A stretch of 64,000 nucleotides of DNA, taken from an uncultured Gammaproteobacteria bacterium. GTDB lineage: Bacteria > Patescibacteriota > Patescibacteriia > Magasanikbacterales > JBBTXJ01. The stretch lies in the NCBI GenBank assembly GCA_964610305.1, contig CAZSVL010000005.1, positions 14,815-78,814 on the forward strand, given 5' to 3'. The notes below the pieces were generated by a model that did not search any database, was not told the DNA's origin, and saw only the letters and a list, made by a program, of their open reading frames with translations. The position numbers were made by a program, and so were the translations under genes. Each line of letters opens with the position of its first letter. Positions within the stretch are counted from its first letter, which is position 1. Below, piece after piece: positions 27,402-37,116 of this stretch.

Positions 27402-29077
27402 CAATGCGGGAGTACAACCGGAGTTCATCACCGCGAATACTCGGTGTTATTTTAGCGCGCGGCGGATCTAAGGGTGTGCCACGAAAAAATATCAAGCCAC
27501 TTTTGGGCAAGCCTCTTATAGCATATACCATTGAGGAAGGTCTCAAATCCACTCACCTTACTGATTTGATCGTCTCTACTGAAGATAAGGAAATATCAGA
27601 CGTTGCAAAACAATGTGGCGCGCGCGTTCCTTTTGTTCGCCCTGATCATTTGGCAACAGACAACGCAACATCAAAAGCATGCTTGCAACACGCGGTTACA
27701 GAAATGGAAAAAATTACTGGCGAAAAATATGATTACATAATTGAGTTGATGTGCACCAATCCGCTTAAGAGTGTCCAGGACATTGATGCCATAATAGAGA
27801 AGCTGATTGAGACGCGGGCGGATTCCGTAATTGGTGTTGTCCAGCTTGACGACCATCATCCGGCAAGGATCAAAAAAATTGTGGATGATAGAATAGTGGA
27901 TTTTTGTATCCCGGAGCCAAACGGAGCGCGCAGGCAAGATCTAAAACCAGAGGCATACATTAGAAACGGCAGTATTTATGCCATGAAGCGTGATGTGCTC
28001 ATGATTCAAGACCGGCGGTATGGCACGCCAGATTCCAGGCCATACATTTTTCCTCCAGAGCGCTCCGTAAATATAGATAATAAAATAGATTGGGATATGG
28101 TGGAGCGCCGTATGTCAGAAGGAGCTGGTCAGAAGATACTATGCGCAACACCCATAAAGCATTTGAAAGGGGTATATGAATTGTTAGAGCAAGCTGGCCC
28201 AGTTTTGTACCACCCCTATATAAAAAAAGAGGAACTGACATCTTTGCTAAAGAGTGATCAAAGCATAACGGCACTTTTTGTAAATCCAAATAAAATGGGT
28301 TTTGTACTGGATCGGTCTGTGCTTAGCAATACGGGTGTAAAAGTCATCAATACCGCCTCAACCGGGCTCAATCATATTGCAGTAGAGCAAGTGCGGGAAC
28401 TGGGGATAGACATTCTATCTCTTACTGAAGATCGTCACATTATTGAACAGCTACCCTCTACCAGCGAGCTAGCTTTTGGTTTGATGTTGTCTCTGCTTCG
28501 TCCCATTGGGCCGTCTTTTGATTCTGTTAAATCAGGAAAGTGGGACTACGAGCCGTTTATGGGTCATCAGGTTCGTGGGTTAACCCTTGGGGTAATTGGA
28601 TACGGAAGATTGGGCAGTCTTATGGCTGAATACGGAAAAGCATTTGGTATGCGTGTGCTCGTTTATGATCCTCTTAAAAAAATTGATGGAGTTGAGCAAG
28701 TGGCGCTGAGTGTTTTGCTTGAAAACTCAGACGCGGTGTCTTTGCATGTTCATGTGAGCGATCAGACCAGAGGCATGATAAGCGCTTCTGCCATCAGGAC
28801 TATGAAAAAAGGTGCTGTTTTAATTAACACCTCCAGAGGTGAGATTGTGGACGAGCATGCTCTAACAGACGCTTTGCGGTCTGGACACCTAGGCGGTTAT
28901 GGTACTGATGTTTTGGCTGATGAGTTTGAAGACATAGAAAAAAGTCCACTTTTGACAGCTGCCAGAGACGGTTTGCCGGTGATTGTTACGCCACACATAG
29001 GAGGAATGACGTGGGAAGGTCAACAGCTTGCCTTTTCTCATGCTGCTAGAAAGTTTTTGAATAAGGAAAACGTATGA
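27398..29077 (+). CDS. CMP-nonulosonate synthetase (NeuA) fused to D-2-hydroxyacid dehydrogenase
   Basis: ILARGGSKGVPRKN...NGSIY...NID in the N-half; GVIGYGRLG, INTSRGEIVDE, TPHIGG in the C-half. Confidence 0.88.
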   Translation: MTMREYNRSSSPRILGVILARGGSKGVPRKNIKPLLGKPLIAYTIEEGLKSTHLTDLIVSTEDKEISDVAKQCGARVPFVRPDHLATDNATSKACLQHAVTEMEKITGEKYDYIIELMCTNPLKSVQDIDAIIEKLIETRADSVIGVVQLDDHHPARIKKIVDDRIVDFCIPEPNGARRQDLKPEAYIRNGSIYAMKRDVLMIQDRRYGTPDSRPYIFPPERSVNIDNKIDWDMVERRMSEGAGQKILCATPIKHLKGVYELLEQAGPVLYHPYIKKEELTSLLKSDQSITALFVNPNKMGFVLDRSVLSNTGVKVINTASTGLNHIAVEQVRELGIDILSLTEDRHIIEQLPSTSELAFGLMLSLLRPIGPSFDSVKSGKWDYEPFMGHQVRGLTLGVIGYGRLGSLMAEYGKAFGMRVLVYDPLKKIDGVEQVALSVLLENSDAVSLHVHVSDQTRGMISASAIRTMKKGAVLINTSRGEIVDEHALTDALRSGHLGGYGTDVLADEFEDIEKSPLLTAARDGLPVIVTPHIGGMTWEGQQLAFSHAARKFLNKENV

Positions 29078-29991
29078 TTTCATCCGAGGTTATTCAAAAT
29101 GGACCGGGCAGATCTAGCAGGGTAGATGCCATCAGGCAAAGATTGGTGCGTTGGATTTCTCCAGCCAAGAGAGACAATCTTGCGGTGGTGTTAACCGCCA
29201 CTGTTCAGGTTCCCAGCGGGGTTCATATAAAAAGAACCAATACAGAGCTTCGCCACGATGATTATAAATGGGCTCTTAAAAAATGGCTTGGAAATCAATC
29301 CAGTGTTTCCAAGTTGGTGTTTGTTGAGAATTCTGGGTTTCCGCTGGATGAGCTGAAGGAAATTGCGCAGCACCACAATCCGTACGGCAAACGAGTAGAG
29401 TTTTTATCATTTGATTCAAGTGGAAGACAAAATAGAGACAAGAGTTTTGGGGAATTGATGATTATGCGCTACGCATTGGATAATTCTGTGCTTGTTGCAG
29501 AATCTGACTACATTGCTGAGGTTGGTGGGCGCGTATTTATCAGAAATTTCGACGCAATCATAAAAAGGATTCCAGAGCAGTTTGATGTTATCAGCTGCTG
29601 GCTTGGGAATTTTTCTAATGCCGATCTCAATTTGATTCTCATGAAAAAGAGCTTTTTTGATGAGCGCATTTTTCCGTATTTATCACGTTTTATTGATGTG
29701 GATAGAACGCTATCATATTTTGAGCGAGAATTTTCCAAGGCGGTGCATCTGTCTTTGGCTGATGATTATAGGTGGTATCCCTATCCCGTAGAGCCGTGGG
29801 TGCAAGGCATTGGCGGCGCCAAGAATAAATCTTATGGGCGCGGATTTTGGTACGTGATTAAGGGAACAATTATTACACGGCTGTTTTGCAGACAGTACAA
29901 AATGTCTCACGGTTACAACAGGAAACATATACTAGATATTTGGGACATAAAACCAGAGGCAAGACATAATTCTGTATTAAAGGTTCTATGA
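29074..29991 (+). CDS. Hypothetical polysaccharide-locus protein (possible glycosyltransferase)
   Basis: VLTATV...VFVENS...GE...GRVFIRN; homologous to the C-terminal domain of 39776..42553. Confidence 0.6.
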   Translation: MISSEVIQNGPGRSSRVDAIRQRLVRWISPAKRDNLAVVLTATVQVPSGVHIKRTNTELRHDDYKWALKKWLGNQSSVSKLVFVENSGFPLDELKEIAQHHNPYGKRVEFLSFDSSGRQNRDKSFGELMIMRYALDNSVLVAESDYIAEVGGRVFIRNFDAIIKRIPEQFDVISCWLGNFSNADLNLILMKKSFFDERIFPYLSRFIDVDRTLSYFEREFSKAVHLSLADDYRWYPYPVEPWVQGIGGAKNKSYGRGFWYVIKGTIITRLFCRQYKMSHGYNRKHILDIWDIKPEARHNSVLKVL

Positions 29992-30443
29992 TATCCGGTG
30001 TTATAACAAAAGATATTGTTGAGCACCATGATGATCGTGGTTATTTTTCAGAATTAGTAAAAATGGGAGAGCCTACTTTTAAAGGTATAGCTCAGACCAG
30101 TTTTTCTCAGACTCATCCGGGTGTTATAAAGGCATTTCATTGGCATAAAAAAACCACGGAGATGTGGTGTCCTCTTTTTGGGAGCGCTCAAATTGTTCTC
30201 TATGATTTAAGAGAAGGGAGCCCAACACAGGGAGAGACTAATGTTTTTTACGGCGGTGGTAGAGCGCGCAAAATTATTGTAATACCGCCAGGCGTGGCTC
30301 ATGGCTACCGCGTTTTAGGTTCTGAGCCGCTGGGAATGCTTTATCACGCAAGTATCCCATATGATCCAAGTGCGCCCGACGAGTTCAGAATACCATTTGA
30401 TCACCCTCAAATAAATTTTGACTGGAAAACGCACCATCGTTGA
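29988..30443 (+). CDS. dTDP-sugar 3,5-epimerase family cupin (RmlC-like)
   Basis: DDRGYFSE, GVIKAFHWH, YDLREGSPT, IPPGVAHGY. Confidence 0.9.
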   Translation: MISGVITKDIVEHHDDRGYFSELVKMGEPTFKGIAQTSFSQTHPGVIKAFHWHKKTTEMWCPLFGSAQIVLYDLREGSPTQGETNVFYGGGRARKIIVIPPGVAHGYRVLGSEPLGMLYHASIPYDPSAPDEFRIPFDHPQINFDWKTHHR

Positions 30444-30444
30444 T

Positions 30445-31401
30445 ATGTCTGCACAAAAAAACATTTTAGTTTTGGGTGCTGCAGGTTTTTTGGGATCCAA
30501 TATGATACGGCGCGTTTTGCTGGAAGATAATGTATCAGTTACCGCCGTGGATTCTTTGGATCCGGATTTGTACAGCTCTATGGATAATTTGAATGGAGTA
30601 CTGGACAAGATTACTTTTTTGCAAAAGGATGTTACCAATCCTAAAGTATTGCGAGAGATAATTCCTAATCACGATATTATTTTTTGCTGTGCTGCACAAA
30701 CGTCTCATTTAAGATCAGTGCAAGATCCTCTTTATGATGCAAAAGTGAATTGTATTGGCATTCTTATGCTGCTTGAAGCAGTGCGCACCCTTAATCCAGA
30801 AGCAACGGTTGTCTATCCGTCTACCAGCACCATAGTGGGGAAAGCATTTTCTGATGTCATTGATGAGAATCATAGAGAAAGGCCACTGGATATATATTCG
30901 GCAAACAAAGCAGCGGCCGATAAGTATTTTCAAATTTATCATTCGCTGCATGGGCTGAAAACCATCATACTTCGTTTCGCAAATTTGTATGGACCAGGAG
31001 GTAAGCCCTATCCCATTTTTGGTTTTATGAATTATTTTATTAGCCTAGCAGCTCAGGACAAGTCCATAACGGTTTATGGAGATGGGGCCCAAAAGAGAAA
31101 CACCATGTACATTGATGATGCAACGGACATAATGTGGTCGGCTGCTCACAATCCGCAACTAATTGGAGATCCTTATTATGCGGTTGCTGATGAGCATCAT
31201 AGTGTAGCAGATATTGCCAAACTCATGGTTCAGGTTTTCAAAAAGGGAAGTGTTGAGTTTATTCCGTGGCCAGACATAAGAAAAAAAATAGAGATAGAAC
31301 ATGTGCGCATTTCTCCAGCCGCTCTGCACAGAAGGACGGGGTGGAAGGCGCGTTATAGTCTGCAGGAGGGTCTAAAAAAAACAGCTGCGCATTATGATTG
31401 A
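30445..31401 (+). CDS. NAD-dependent epimerase/dehydratase
   Basis: GAAGFLGS, YSANK, RFANLYGP. Confidence 0.9.
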   Translation: MSAQKNILVLGAAGFLGSNMIRRVLLEDNVSVTAVDSLDPDLYSSMDNLNGVLDKITFLQKDVTNPKVLREIIPNHDIIFCCAAQTSHLRSVQDPLYDAKVNCIGILMLLEAVRTLNPEATVVYPSTSTIVGKAFSDVIDENHRERPLDIYSANKAAADKYFQIYHSLHGLKTIILRFANLYGPGGKPYPIFGFMNYFISLAAQDKSITVYGDGAQKRNTMYIDDATDIMWSAAHNPQLIGDPYYAVADEHHSVADIAKLMVQVFKKGSVEFIPWPDIRKKIEIEHVRISPAALHRRTGWKARYSLQEGLKKTAAHYD

Positions 31402-32335
31402 AGACAAGCCAATCGTTATAACGGGAGCCTTAGGTCATATTGGATCTGGCTTTATTCATAGAGGAATTACGCCGGGCGAGCATTTTATTTTGATAGACGA
31501 TTTAAGCTCTCAGCGATATGCCAGTATTTTTGGTCTACCAAAAGAGGCGCGGTATACCTTTATACAAGGCGATATAAATGAGATGGATTTTCAAGTAATT
31601 GAAGGTGCGCGTGTTGTTATTCATTTGGCGGCCATAACTGACGCTGCTAGCTCTCATGATAAAGCCCAGGAGGTGGAGCGCGTAAATTATGTGGGTCTAA
31701 AGCGCGTAGCTGACGCATGTTTGCAACATGGTGTACCGCTTATTTTTCCCTCAACCACATCGGTATATGGAAGCCAGGCACAACGCGTAGATGAGACGTG
31801 TAGAGAGTTGGCGCCGCAGAGTCCGTACGCGCAGGCAAAGCTTCAATCAGAAGAATATTTAAGGCACCTGCAAAGCCAAGGCTTAAAATTTGTGATCTGT
31901 AGATTTGGAACTATATTTGGTCCTTCTGCTGGATGGCGTTTTCATACGGCCGTTAACAAGTTTATCTGGCAAGCCGTAAATGGTCAGCCACTTACGGTTT
32001 GGAAAACGGCATGGCAACAACGAAGACCGTACTTAGATTTAGCGGATGCCATAGCTGCGCTCAGATTGATTATAGATAAGAATATCTATGATGGGCATAT
32101 CTATAACGTGCTCACTGCAAATTACACCGTGGAAGATATAGTAAAAAGCATTAAGAAATATGTGCCAAGCGTTAAAGTTAGTTACGTGGATAGCCCCATT
32201 ATGAATCAGCTGTCTTATGATGTTGATGGAAAGAAATTTGAGACGCAAGGATACTGCCCTCAAGGAAGTCTGGATTTAGGTATTTTTAATTCACTGCAAC
32301 AATTAAAAGGAATCAGCTCTACCTATGAATATTAA
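31394..32335 (+). CDS. NAD-dependent epimerase/reductase (extended SDR)
   Basis: TGALGHIGS, HLAA, YAQAK, RFGTIFG. Confidence 0.9.
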   Translation: MIEDKPIVITGALGHIGSGFIHRGITPGEHFILIDDLSSQRYASIFGLPKEARYTFIQGDINEMDFQVIEGARVVIHLAAITDAASSHDKAQEVERVNYVGLKRVADACLQHGVPLIFPSTTSVYGSQAQRVDETCRELAPQSPYAQAKLQSEEYLRHLQSQGLKFVICRFGTIFGPSAGWRFHTAVNKFIWQAVNGQPLTVWKTAWQQRRPYLDLADAIAALRLIIDKNIYDGHIYNVLTANYTVEDIVKSIKKYVPSVKVSYVDSPIMNQLSYDVDGKKFETQGYCPQGSLDLGIFNSLQQLKGISSTYEY

Positions 32336-33494
32336 ACTTCAGCCTGTCATTGATTTTGGCATGATGCCTATTGCCAATGCTTTTGTTAAGCCGGGCCAAG
32401 TACGCGACGAGTATTTTTATAATATGGTGGTTGGCTATGATCCTCAGACGCATGCCATTGGATTATGTAATACCGTACCACCAGAGAAAATGTTTCATGA
32501 TGAGTATGCTTTTTTTTCTTCAACCTCAAAGGCAATGCAGCAGCATTTTTTTGACACTGCTGTTAGACTTTTGCCCTATGCAAAAGAAGGCATGGTTGTT
32601 GAGGTGGGGAGCAATGACGGGATTATGCTGGATGCGTGGAAGCATTTGGGTGTGCGCGCCATTGGGGTAGAGCCTTCAGGAAATGTAGCAGAAGAATCTA
32701 GAAAAAGAGGTCACAGCGTCTTGTCAGAGTTTATGAGTGAGCAAACCGTTGATACGATATTGCAGAAAGGAAAAGTGAGTTTGGTTTTTGGAGCCAACGT
32801 ATCGTGCCATATAGAAGATTTTATTTCTTACATAAAGTGCGTCACAAGACTCATAGGAAAAGAAGGTGTATTTGTTTTTGAGGATCCGTATTTTTTGGAC
32901 ATGGTTGCCAAGACCTCATATGACCAAGTTTATGATGAACATCTATGGTATTTTACGGTTAGTTTTATGAACAAGGTGCTAGCGCCAATGGGGTATCATG
33001 TTTTTGATGCAGAACATATTGGCGTGCATGGTGGACAACTGCGTATGTTTGTAGGCCACAAGGATTCTTTTGAAAAAACAGGAGCTGTTGATTACTGGTT
33101 GTCTTTAGAGCATGATCTTCCTACCAAGTTGGCTTTCTTTAAACACAATATAGAGAAGTCAAAAACAGCTTTGGTAGATTTATTGTATGGGCAGAAGAAG
33201 GCGGGAAAGCGGATGTGTGGTTTTGGCGCAAGCTCTAAGGGTGTTATTGTCGCAAATTACTGCGGTATTGGTCCAGACCTTTTGCCCTTCATCACAGACA
33301 ACACCCCAATCAAGCAAGGAACGTTATATCCGGGAGTCCACATACCGGTTGTTCCACAGGAGCAGTTTAAAAACGTAGATGTGGCCGTGCTGTTTGCGTG
33401 GAATCATTTTAAAGAGATAGATAGAAGTCAAAGAGATTTTCGTGATAGAGGTGGGCAATGGATTACCCACGTTCCTACTCCTAGAATTCTATGA
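32325..33494 (+). CDS. NDP-hexose C-methyltransferase
   Basis: FGMMPIANAF, EVGSNDG, YDQVYDEHLWYF, HGGQLR, FGASSKG, FAWNH. Confidence 0.88.
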   Translation: MNIKLQPVIDFGMMPIANAFVKPGQVRDEYFYNMVVGYDPQTHAIGLCNTVPPEKMFHDEYAFFSSTSKAMQQHFFDTAVRLLPYAKEGMVVEVGSNDGIMLDAWKHLGVRAIGVEPSGNVAEESRKRGHSVLSEFMSEQTVDTILQKGKVSLVFGANVSCHIEDFISYIKCVTRLIGKEGVFVFEDPYFLDMVAKTSYDQVYDEHLWYFTVSFMNKVLAPMGYHVFDAEHIGVHGGQLRMFVGHKDSFEKTGAVDYWLSLEHDLPTKLAFFKHNIEKSKTALVDLLYGQKKAGKRMCGFGASSKGVIVANYCGIGPDLLPFITDNTPIKQGTLYPGVHIPVVPQEQFKNVDVAVLFAWNHFKEIDRSQRDFRDRGGQWITHVPTPRIL

Positions 33495-34567
33495 CCGTGC
33501 CTTTTATTGATTTAAGGCAGGAGGCCGCTCAGATAAAATCTGATTATCTTTCTATTGTTTCAGAGATTCTTGACAGCGGATATTTCATGTTGGGGCAGCA
33601 CGTTGAGAAATTTGAAAAGGCTTTTGCTTTGAGACAAGGCGTGGCTCATTGTGTTGGTTTGAGCGCTGGGGCAGACGCTCTTTATTTGGCACTGCATACT
33701 TTGGGTATTGGCCAGGGGGATGAGGTAATTGTTCAAGGAAACGCATACAATGCCAGCGTTACCGCCATTTTAAGAGTAGGTGCCACGCCTGTTTTTGTTG
33801 ATGTGGATCTGCAGACAGCACGCATGATGACCGGCCAAATTGAGGCCGTCATTACTGAAAGAACTAAAGCGATAATGCCGGTACATTTGTACGGGCAGAG
33901 CAACAACATGGCCGCCATATCTCTTATTGCAAAGCAGCATGGTCTAAGGATCATAGAGGATTGCGCTCAGGCACATGACGCTCTTTGGGATGGAAAGCCC
34001 GTGGGTAGCTATTCAGACATTGCGGTGTTTAGTTTTTATCCGACAAAAAATTTGGGCGCCTTTGGAGATGCTGGTTGTATTGTTACCAACAATTGGGATC
34101 ATGCGGAGAAAATAAGAGCTTTGCGCAATCTTGGACAAGCTAAGAAAAATGATCACATATATGAAGGTTACAATATGCGTATGGACGTATTTGAGGCGGC
34201 GTGTCTTAATTTAAAAATGGAGCACTTATCATCATATACGCAAGCGCGGATTTCAGCCGCACAGTTTTACCACCAGAATCTAAAAAGTGTTACTCCTTTG
34301 GGGCAGGATCCTCGTGCGCAGCATGTCTATCATCTGTATGTAGTAGTGTGTGATGATCGTCAGAAAATAATAGATGCGCTAGAAAAAAAAGATATAGGCT
34401 ACGCCATTCATTATCCTCTCCCGGTTTATGATCAGCCTTTTTTTAAAGGAGAGCGACCAGACTGTCCAAATACTGATAGGCTTTGCAAAAGCATTTTGTC
34501 TCTCCCACTTTTTTCTAATATTAGTCAAGATCAGCAGCAAGAAGTTGTTGCTGCATTATCCATATGA
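33491..34567 (+). CDS. DegT/DnrJ/EryC1/StrS sugar aminotransferase
   Basis: PVHLYGQ, EDCAQAH, FSFYPTKNLGAFGDAG. Confidence 0.93.
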   Translation: MTVPFIDLRQEAAQIKSDYLSIVSEILDSGYFMLGQHVEKFEKAFALRQGVAHCVGLSAGADALYLALHTLGIGQGDEVIVQGNAYNASVTAILRVGATPVFVDVDLQTARMMTGQIEAVITERTKAIMPVHLYGQSNNMAAISLIAKQHGLRIIEDCAQAHDALWDGKPVGSYSDIAVFSFYPTKNLGAFGDAGCIVTNNWDHAEKIRALRNLGQAKKNDHIYEGYNMRMDVFEAACLNLKMEHLSSYTQARISAAQFYHQNLKSVTPLGQDPRAQHVYHLYVVVCDDRQKIIDALEKKDIGYAIHYPLPVYDQPFFKGERPDCPNTDRLCKSILSLPLFSNISQDQQQEVVAALSI

Positions 34568-35235
34568 ATGAAACAACAAGAATCGTCTCGTATGATCATC
34601 ACAACTTTCCCTTTGCTCCGATAACAGTCAATAATTTTAATACAGAACTTCCAGCACAAGTAACGGATCTTGGTGAGCTTCATGCTGTTGTCAAACGAAT
34701 GGGAATTGAATATGGTCCTATAACATCTGAGTCCTCTCAACAAAGCATTTTTCACGATCTGCACTACAAGTATCAGGAAGAAATGTTCTTGCCCTTGTAT
34801 CGCCGCTTTGTTAAAGAGGTAATTCATCCGCTATATGGTGAGCCAATAGTCTATCAAGCACGGCCAACTTTTAGAGTTCATCTTGTGGGCAACATGGCGG
34901 TGTCTGAGTTTCATAAGGATGGAGATTACAACCACCTTCCGGCGGAGCTTAATTTTTGGGTACCGCTGACACGCGTGTTTGATACTAATGCTGTGTGGAT
35001 TGAAAGTGAGGTGGGGGCGGCGGACTTTAAACCTCATGAGCTAAATTACGGACAGATGCTTATTTTTAAAGGAGTGGCATTAGATCATGGAAACAAGTCA
35101 AACACGACAGACAAAACACGGGTCAGCTTTGACTTTAGAGCTCTGCCCAAGAGGGATTTTGTAGAAACGGGAAAAACAACGCTTACTCAAAAAGTGCCGC
35201 TAGAGATTGGTGGCTACTATGATGTTATACAATAG
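34564..35235 (+). CDS. StrG-like / 2OG-Fe(II)-type oxygenase
   Basis: YQARPTFRVH, FHKDGDYNH, NFWVPLT, HGNKSN, TRVSFDFR. Confidence 0.7.
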   Translation: MNETTRIVSYDHHNFPFAPITVNNFNTELPAQVTDLGELHAVVKRMGIEYGPITSESSQQSIFHDLHYKYQEEMFLPLYRRFVKEVIHPLYGEPIVYQARPTFRVHLVGNMAVSEFHKDGDYNHLPAELNFWVPLTRVFDTNAVWIESEVGAADFKPHELNYGQMLIFKGVALDHGNKSNTTDKTRVSFDFRALPKRDFVETGKTTLTQKVPLEIGGYYDVIQ

Positions 35236-35236
35236 T

Positions 35237-36352
35237 ATGAGCACGCATAATATAAGAATGGCTGATCCGTGGATTACAGAGCACGAGGTCTCAACTGTGA
35301 CAGACATGATGAGAAATGGCTGGAAGAATTATGATTACGTGGAAAAGTTTGAGCCAGCATTTGCCCGTTATCATGATAGAGTCTATGGGATCATGACTCC
35401 CAATTGTACTTCTGCACTTCATCTACTTTTGCTTGCTTTGGGCATAGAGCAAGGAGATGAGGTTATTGTGCCGGAGTGCACGTGGACAGGATCAGTTGCG
35501 CCTATTACTTATGTTGGTGCGGTTCCTGTTTTTTGTGACATTCAGGTAGATAATTGGTGTTTGGATCCGGATTCTGTTGTCGGGAGAATTACAGAAAAAA
35601 CCAAGGCTATTATTGCGGTAGATCTGTATGGAAATATGCCAGATATGGATCGTTTGCAAGCTATCTGTGATGAGCGCGGAATTTATTTGATAGAAGATGC
35701 GGCAGAGGCTTTAGGATCTAAGTATAAAGGAAAGAGGGCTGGAGCTTTTGGTGTGGGAAGTGTGTTTAGTTTTCACAGAACCAAAACGCTGACAACGGGA
35801 GAGGGCGGGATGTTGCTCCTTGATGATCAAAAGCTATATGAGCGGGCTATGTTCTTGCGGGATCACGGGAGATCAAAGACTGTGTCTTATTACACACTTG
35901 AGGCTACGCCAAAATATATGCCGTCAAATTTGCAGGCGGCTATAGGTTATGCTCAATTTGAGCGACTAGGAGAGTTGGTGGCCAGAAAACGCGAGATTTT
36001 CTTTGGATACAAACAGCGTTTGGCAGATGTGGCGGATATTACCATGAATGAAGAGTCTGAAAACGTCTATAACGGTGTATGGGCGCCATCTGTTGTTTTT
36101 GGATCAAAGCACGGTGTCAGCAAACAGATGGTAATGGCCGGGCTTAAAAAACAAGGGTTGCCATCAAGGCCGTTTTTCTATCCCATGTCTATGCTGCCGG
36201 CATATGCGTGCTACGGTAGTGGAGATTCGGTTAGAAATCCTGTTGCTTATGACGTAAGCGCGCGGGGCATAACGCTACCAGCGGCTTATGATATAACAGA
36301 AGATCAAATGGATATCTATTGTGCCGGCATAAAAAATATTTTACATGGCTGA
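35237..36352 (+). CDS. DegT-family (perosamine synthase-like) aminotransferase
   Basis: NCTSALHL, VDLYG, EDAAEALG, FSFHRTKTLTTGEGG. Confidence 0.92.
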   Translation: MSTHNIRMADPWITEHEVSTVTDMMRNGWKNYDYVEKFEPAFARYHDRVYGIMTPNCTSALHLLLLALGIEQGDEVIVPECTWTGSVAPITYVGAVPVFCDIQVDNWCLDPDSVVGRITEKTKAIIAVDLYGNMPDMDRLQAICDERGIYLIEDAAEALGSKYKGKRAGAFGVGSVFSFHRTKTLTTGEGGMLLLDDQKLYERAMFLRDHGRSKTVSYYTLEATPKYMPSNLQAAIGYAQFERLGELVARKREIFFGYKQRLADVADITMNEESENVYNGVWAPSVVFGSKHGVSKQMVMAGLKKQGLPSRPFFYPMSMLPAYACYGSGDSVRNPVAYDVSARGITLPAAYDITEDQMDIYCAGIKNILHG

Positions 36353-37115
36353 AAACGCTAAAATTGGGATCTGCGCCGCCTTTAAGATGGGCTATAAAGT
36401 GTTGGAGTTTGTGATAAGAGAGGCTCAGTTTAGGCCCGCCGTTGTCTTTACCTCTCACAGAGACGACTCAGAATATGAGGGTATGATTTTTGCGTTGTGC
36501 GAATATTACAACATCCCCTGCGAGAGAAAAGTAAACGTGAACAAGAAAGAGGCGCACAGCACATTGGATTCATACAATTTGGATCTGATGATTTTGGCTT
36601 GGTGGCCATCAATAGTAAAGGGGGAGGCTATCTCAAAAACAGCAAAAGGTTGGCTTAACATGCATCCTAGCCTTCTTCCCTTTAATCGTGGCAAGCATCC
36701 GTACTACTGGTCAATTGTAGAGGGAACGCCTTTTGGCGTAACCCTTCATTTGATAGATGAAGGTGTGGATACAGGCCCGCTTCTTTTTCAAAAAGAGATT
36801 GCCGTTGAGTTTGAGGACACAGGAGAGACGCTTTATCAAAAGGGTTTGGATACTATATATGATCTTTTTGTTGAGAGTTTTGAGAATATCCGCGCTTTAA
36901 AATTGCAACCACTGCCACAGACAGATGCGCACGCCACGTTTAGATTGAGCAAAGAGTTGGATCCTCATACGCAGATAGATTTAGAAAAAGAGTATCGCGC
37001 AGAAGATTTGATAAATCGGCTTCGTGGACGCACCTTTTTGCAAGGTGACAGTGCTTTTTGTGTTCGTAATGGAAAGAAGTATTTACTAAAAATTATTATA
37101 GAGCCTCAAGATTAA
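36345..37115 (+). CDS. Sugar N-formyltransferase
   Basis: NMHPSLLPFNRG, GVTLHLIDEGVDTGP. Confidence 0.88.
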   Translation: MAENAKIGICAAFKMGYKVLEFVIREAQFRPAVVFTSHRDDSEYEGMIFALCEYYNIPCERKVNVNKKEAHSTLDSYNLDLMILAWWPSIVKGEAISKTAKGWLNMHPSLLPFNRGKHPYYWSIVEGTPFGVTLHLIDEGVDTGPLLFQKEIAVEFEDTGETLYQKGLDTIYDLFVESFENIRALKLQPLPQTDAHATFRLSKELDPHTQIDLEKEYRAEDLINRLRGRTFLQGDSAFCVRNGKKYLLKIIIEPQD

Positions 37116-37116
37116 T

